From an uncultured Candidatus Saccharibacteria bacterium (GTDB taxonomy: Bacteria; Patescibacteriota; UBA1384; CAYGGE01): DNA of 64,000 nt. The notes below the pieces were generated by a model, which did no database searches, was not told the DNA's origin, and saw only the letters and a program-made list of their open reading frames with translations. A program made the position numbers and the translations under genes. This document shows positions 59,654 through 64,000 of this stretch, piece by piece; the first letter of the stretch is position 1, and each line of letters begins with the position of its first letter. The DNA lies in NCBI GenBank assembly GCA_964349485.1, contig CAYGGE010000004.1, positions 4,628-68,627 of the forward strand, written 5' to 3'.

Positions 59654-60343
59654 ATGCACTATCATATTGCCCCTGAACCTGATAACAAGAGTTACCGAAG
59701 ACACAAGCTGATCGGTCTTTTTTGTTTATTATTGTTCTTAGTTTTAGTGGGAAAAATATGGGTTCCCTATGCCAAGGCAGCGATCAACGCAACAGCGATT
59801 ACTTTCTTGCCGCCGGCTTGGGCGAAAAGTTACATTGAGGCGACGTTGCCTGATACGGCGAAGACCAAAAGCGAGAACAGGTTAATCATTGGTACGAACG
59901 ATCTAGCAATCGAGGCGCCAATTATCGATGGTATTGGTCCGACTGCCTTATTGCAAGGTGTGGGTCATGATCCAGCCTCCTCAAAACCAGGAGAGCAAGG
60001 TCGAGTCGTCATCTCTGGGCACCGCTTCTGGCCCGATGCTTCCCCCTGGGCTACGGTTTTCTTCTCGCTTGATAAACTGAAGAAGGGGGACAAGATTAGC
60101 TTAGTGTATGATGGCCAAACGTACGTCTACACCGTGTTTGAGCAGTGGGATGTTCCTAAAGAGAAGGCTTATCCTCATCTCGAACCATCGACAGAATCGA
60201 TATTGACTATCTATACCTGTGGTCCAACACCGTACACTGCCAGAAATCGCCTCGGTTTTCACGCCAGACTCGATCAGAGTACACTAAGACAGACTTCTCT
60301 GGAGACCTTACAGACTTTACAGAAGGGAGTTCTAGAACAATGA
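59654..60343 (+). CDS. Sortase family transpeptidase
   Basis: N-terminal TM anchor, a His in VISGHRF, the catalytic TLxTC-type motif ILTIYTCGP, and a downstream Arg. Confidence 0.75.
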   Translation: MHYHIAPEPDNKSYRRHKLIGLFCLLLFLVLVGKIWVPYAKAAINATAITFLPPAWAKSYIEATLPDTAKTKSENRLIIGTNDLAIEAPIIDGIGPTALLQGVGHDPASSKPGEQGRVVISGHRFWPDASPWATVFFSLDKLKKGDKISLVYDGQTYVYTVFEQWDVPKEKAYPHLEPSTESILTIYTCGPTPYTARNRLGFHARLDQSTLRQTSLETLQTLQKGVLEQ

Positions 60344-61134
60344 ATAAATTGATCATCGCTAACTGGAAGATGAATACGACATTTTCTGATGCCCTCATTT
60401 TGGCTAATGGCATTAAGAAGGGTTTACACGATATTTCTGGAGCTGACGTTGTACTCTGCCCGCCATTTCCTTGGCTGGTACCTGTTGCTGAAGCACTCCA
60501 TCAGCATCCGGCCAAGCAACTTAAGCTAGGTGCTCAGAATGCTTTTTGGACACAAAGCGGGGCCTATACTGGAGAAGTCTCGCCAGTCATGCTCAAAGGC
60601 CTGGTTGAATATGTAATCATCGGTCACTCGGAGAGGCGAAAACATTTCCAGGAGACCGATCTAGAAATAGGCGCAAAACTTAAGGCGGTGCTTGATCAAG
60701 GTATGAAGCCGATTCTTTGCGTGGGCGAGCAACGTCGACCAGCCGATGCCTACCTTGATGAACCAGAGACCCTTAACCAAACTCATTTCCGAGAAATGTT
60801 TAGTCAAATCCGTCATGCTCTACACAAATTGACCGATGAGGAAAAAGCGAAATTGGTAGTAGCCTATGAGCCTGTCTGGGCTATCTCAACTACGAGCTCC
60901 GCTGCCCGGCCAGCGACCGGGTCGTATGCTGCCTATGTCTGTCAGGCAATCCACGCATTACTCAATCGTTTAGGTGGAGCGAAGCTGGAGGTTGTTCCTG
61001 TTCTCTATGGTGGGAGTGTTAAGTCTGCGAATGCCCGTGAGTTCTTAAGCCAAGAATCGATTGATGGTCTGCTCGTCGGTGGAGCTAGTCTTGATATCAG
61101 GAGTTTTTTAGCGATTTGCCGGAGCACCTACTAG
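60340..61134 (+). CDS. tpiA: Triosephosphate isomerase
   Basis: IANWKMN, IGHSERR and the YGGSV loop. Its start overlaps the sortase stop (ATGA). Confidence 0.9.
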   Translation: MNKLIIANWKMNTTFSDALILANGIKKGLHDISGADVVLCPPFPWLVPVAEALHQHPAKQLKLGAQNAFWTQSGAYTGEVSPVMLKGLVEYVIIGHSERRKHFQETDLEIGAKLKAVLDQGMKPILCVGEQRRPADAYLDEPETLNQTHFREMFSQIRHALHKLTDEEKAKLVVAYEPVWAISTTSSAARPATGSYAAYVCQAIHALLNRLGGAKLEVVPVLYGGSVKSANAREFLSQESIDGLLVGGASLDIRSFLAICRSTY

Positions 61135-61210
61135 CTTGATACTTGTTTTTTGTCATCGTACAGACGTGATTTGTAAACATTACTACGCTATGGGATACTA
61201 AGTATTACTC

Positions 61211-63670
61211 ATGAACAAGCGACAAAAGGAGCAAGAAAAGATGACCCGGAGCACGTTGCGGCTGACTGTTGCGCTAGCTGTCGTTTTAATCATTGGGATT
61301 ACTTTAGGTATTACGACTTATCTTAAACCCAAAGCCGACGAGGTTGTGAGTCAGCCATGCTTGATTGATAGAACTGTCTCCGTCTTGGCTGATCGACGCG
61401 AAGCCACCGTCACCCCGAGTCAAACCGGTCGCTTTAAGTTCATGATTACTCCCGGTACGGCTGAGGTTACCCCAATCGAATTCGACGTCTCGGGAACGGC
61501 TAGTCGGGGTGACTATACGGTTACGCCAGAGAATGCCCAAGACCTCAACTTTGACATTGCTCCGGCTACAGGATCGTTTAAAGTCAGAAGCAGTACATTC
61601 TATGCAATTATCGCTATTGCCAATATACAGCAGTACATCGATAAAACGGTCACCGTAACGCTTCGAAGCAAGTCTGGTATTGTTATCGGTTCAGCCAATA
61701 CTGCCACCGTCCGGCTTTATAATCCCGATCCAGGGAAGCCATCGATTGTGGTCGATAGCCCGTTGGACAACGCCCACTTTACTAGTAGTCCCAATCTACA
61801 AGTCAATCTTGGTGCTCACGTCTTCGTCCCAACTAACACAACTGGTAGCCAGAGCGTCACGTTCTATGTTGATGGCACAGCTTACCCGGCTACGACCAGT
61901 GGTCAAAATGCTACCTACACCCTGAACAATCCTTCTGTCGGTCGTCATACAGTCCGTGCCCAGCTAACTGCTGGACAAAGGGTCGTCAATAACGATGACC
62001 AACCTATTCCACCTGGTCAAACGACTATCGACTTTATCGTCGAACCAGCCCCACCCTCACCCAGTCCAAGCCTTACCCCAACACCCGGTGGTACGCCAAA
62101 TTCAGTCCCGGTGAGGCCAGGTGCATTCTTACTACCTCTGCACGATTATTTCGCTCCTAAAGCACTTGCCCAAACCACCCAAGAAAGGGTGCTTTGCGGC
62201 ACGGTTGTCGATAGTGTAACCAGAGCACCATTGTCAGGAGTTCATGTTCGTTACGAAGCCAACAAATTCTATCAAGACATCTTAGAAACCGAGACAGATA
62301 CTTCGGGAAGATTCCTCTTCCGTAACGTGCCGGCCTGGCGAGCTGATGAGATCGAACGCCGAACGGCAGGAAGCTACTGGTTTAAAGTCCTCTTACCGGA
62401 AATTGATACACGTAATGGCTACCCTGCTGTGATTTACAAATCTCAAACTGACGTGGCGGCTGCGCCACAGGGAACCAATATCCGGATCGATCGTCAAAAG
62501 GGCGGTAAAATTACTGGCACGGTGAGAGATGATGCTGGCCAGCTAATTCGTAATGGAACTGTTCAGATTTCTGCCAATAATGTACCATATGGTGAGGTGG
62601 AAATTGCCAATGACGGAACATATACGTCAACTTATCTACCGACAAACATTGCTCTTGATGTCGTGGCTTGTTCTAGGCCATTTGCTAGCAATGGTTGTAG
62701 TCAGAGTATCCAGCCAAAACCCTATGCCAATATCGTCCCGACCGTAGTCAATATTGTTGTGGACCGACTATGGCGTATTCGGGCAACGATCGTGGGTCGT
62801 GAGGTTACTGATTGGAATAATGTTATCGTTAAGGCCACCGATGAATCATCTGGAGTTGTTCGTCAACTAAAAAAATCAGAAGGCGAAAGTTTCCCAGGTG
62901 AGTACGAATTTAGGTTCAATACTGCTGAAGCAAATGCATCATACAGCATCCAGGCCTTTCGATATCACCGTAATGGTACGGTGGCTCTGCAGTCCACAAA
63001 TCGTGTAATACATGTTAGTCCTGGAAGACCAAGCCCGGCTGAAGTACAGCTAACCTGGAAAGATACAATGTCTGCATCGCTCCAATACGAGACCATACCA
63101 TATATGCTCCCAGGCTGTACGATTAGGAGTAAATTTGATGACTGTCGAGGTGTGGCGCTGGGCGAGTTTTTGACGAAAAAGGTTGCCCCCAATGTAGCTG
63201 ATCTGCGAAGGCGAATGGGTGCGCCGGCAGGGGCGGCAATCACAATTGAGACGATAAAATTTTATCCACCTTCGACGAGTATAGGTGAACCAGTAGTCAT
63301 CTTCGATGAGCGTGATCAAGAAGTCGACCGACAAACGACAATCTTAACTGATGAGCGCGACACAGAGCCTTATGGTAGAGCCAAACTCCTGCCATCGCTT
63401 GACCCCCAGCGTTATCGAGTCAGTATTACCCCAAACGAACCGCTCGTCTTCTGTCTGAAAATGCTATTTAAGAAAGGCTCGACAAACCAGATACGCTACG
63501 TTCGTGTCTCAAGTGAAGGAAAAATTGTCGGTACGATTAACTACCCAAGCGAAACCGACTATGTATTCGATTCCTGGGGCCGAACGCCTTATGGTTCATC
63601 GCCAAATTACGGATTCCTTGACCTAAACAAGACAACTACCGCTCCACCAACAACGACTAGCTGCCTTTAG
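61211..63670 (+). CDS. Large secreted protein of 819 aa with carboxypeptidase-regulatory-like beta-sandwich repeats
   Basis: N-terminal TM/signal, a PSP-rich linker, and CGTVVDSVTRAPLSGVHVRYE...SGRFLFRNVP and GKITGTVRDDAGQLIRNGTVQISANNVPYGEVEIANDGTYT (CarboxypepD_reg-like). Confidence 0.5.
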   Translation: MNKRQKEQEKMTRSTLRLTVALAVVLIIGITLGITTYLKPKADEVVSQPCLIDRTVSVLADRREATVTPSQTGRFKFMITPGTAEVTPIEFDVSGTASRGDYTVTPENAQDLNFDIAPATGSFKVRSSTFYAIIAIANIQQYIDKTVTVTLRSKSGIVIGSANTATVRLYNPDPGKPSIVVDSPLDNAHFTSSPNLQVNLGAHVFVPTNTTGSQSVTFYVDGTAYPATTSGQNATYTLNNPSVGRHTVRAQLTAGQRVVNNDDQPIPPGQTTIDFIVEPAPPSPSPSLTPTPGGTPNSVPVRPGAFLLPLHDYFAPKALAQTTQERVLCGTVVDSVTRAPLSGVHVRYEANKFYQDILETETDTSGRFLFRNVPAWRADEIERRTAGSYWFKVLLPEIDTRNGYPAVIYKSQTDVAAAPQGTNIRIDRQKGGKITGTVRDDAGQLIRNGTVQISANNVPYGEVEIANDGTYTSTYLPTNIALDVVACSRPFASNGCSQSIQPKPYANIVPTVVNIVVDRLWRIRATIVGREVTDWNNVIVKATDESSGVVRQLKKSEGESFPGEYEFRFNTAEANASYSIQAFRYHRNGTVALQSTNRVIHVSPGRPSPAEVQLTWKDTMSASLQYETIPYMLPGCTIRSKFDDCRGVALGEFLTKKVAPNVADLRRRMGAPAGAAITIETIKFYPPSTSIGEPVVIFDERDQEVDRQTTILTDERDTEPYGRAKLLPSLDPQRYRVSITPNEPLVFCLKMLFKKGSTNQIRYVRVSSEGKIVGTINYPSETDYVFDSWGRTPYGSSPNYGFLDLNKTTTAPPTTTSCL

Positions 63671-64000
63671 AATTTGATAAGATCTCAACGTTCATCCGAC
63701 AAACGTATAAAACGTACCCCGCTCACCGGTAGTTTTGCAGATTACATGTTCGGTCTTTAGCCGAACGTCATGCCGAGAAAATCAACGGTGCTATTATTAA
63801 TATAATACCGAACAAAAAGCGAATATCTTGGGAATGTAGGAACATACGTTCTATTGATGTATGTCTGAACATCAACTTTTTTCTTCGTTCCGTTTAACGT
63901 GTGTCCCAACTTTTACACATTACATCGTTTACCGCACCAACGCTCCCAGTGCTCATCTAGGCCTAGCGTCGTAATTTTCTAAACAGCACTCAGCCCTGTT

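Noticed and set aside
63671-64000. AT-rich 330-bp tail of the window with a small hairpin (GTTCGG-tcttta-GCCGAAC)
   Set aside because: It has no ORF and no recognisable RNA-gene signature. It is probably intergenic or promoter DNA for a gene beyond the window, and there is too little context to call it.

Overview
This 64 kb window reads as a gene-dense, mostly housekeeping segment of a small bacterial genome, annotated by eye from the six-frame track and the raw sequence without any database search. Short forms of several conserved proteins (EF-Ts, MetRS, ProRS) together with sortase, cohesin and dockerin genes suggest a reduced-genome lineage such as Patescibacteria/CPR, but that is inference only.

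- **Translation and RNA-modification genes:** rsmA, rsmI, metG, mnmA, rplI, gatCAB, prmC-prfA, rpmE, the rpsB-tsf-pyrH-frr cluster, proS and one tRNA-Glu.
- **Envelope proteases and stress proteins:** ctpA, htpX, htrA, rseP, LemA, a DUF2207 membrane protein, an MscS-like channel and a GT39 glycosyltransferase.
- **Other core genes:** ligA, tpiA, a Glu/Leu dehydrogenase, a cysteine desulfurase, a NUDIX hydrolase, a TatD nuclease and one two-component system.

The less ordinary content:
1. A sortase-linked surface locus at about 53.0-63.7 kb. It holds two tandem DUF11 adhesin paralogs, a dockerin-like protein, two cohesin-like proteins (one with an LDLTG sorting signal), a sortase and an 819-residue secreted protein.
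2. Two GC-rich islets at about 23.8-24.9 kb and 29.5-31.0 kb. They encode families of small CxxC zinc-ribbon proteins and a STAS-like protein, separated by strong GC hairpins. They look like acquired modules of unknown function.
3. A lone, GC-rich purF-like amidophosphoribosyltransferase.
4. Two tandem receiver-domain proteins that have lost the canonical phospho-acceptor residues.
5. A tRNA-Glu followed 125 bp later by an exact 23-bp copy of its own 3' end, which resembles an integration scar.
6. A 40-codon hydrophobic peptide gene with its own ribosome-binding site and terminator, just upstream of the kinase/regulator operon.
7. Apparently leaderless promoters at rsmA and gatC.

No CRISPR array, rRNA gene, transposase, integrase or recognisable defence system was found. 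All product calls rest on motif recognition by eye, and start codons are approximate.
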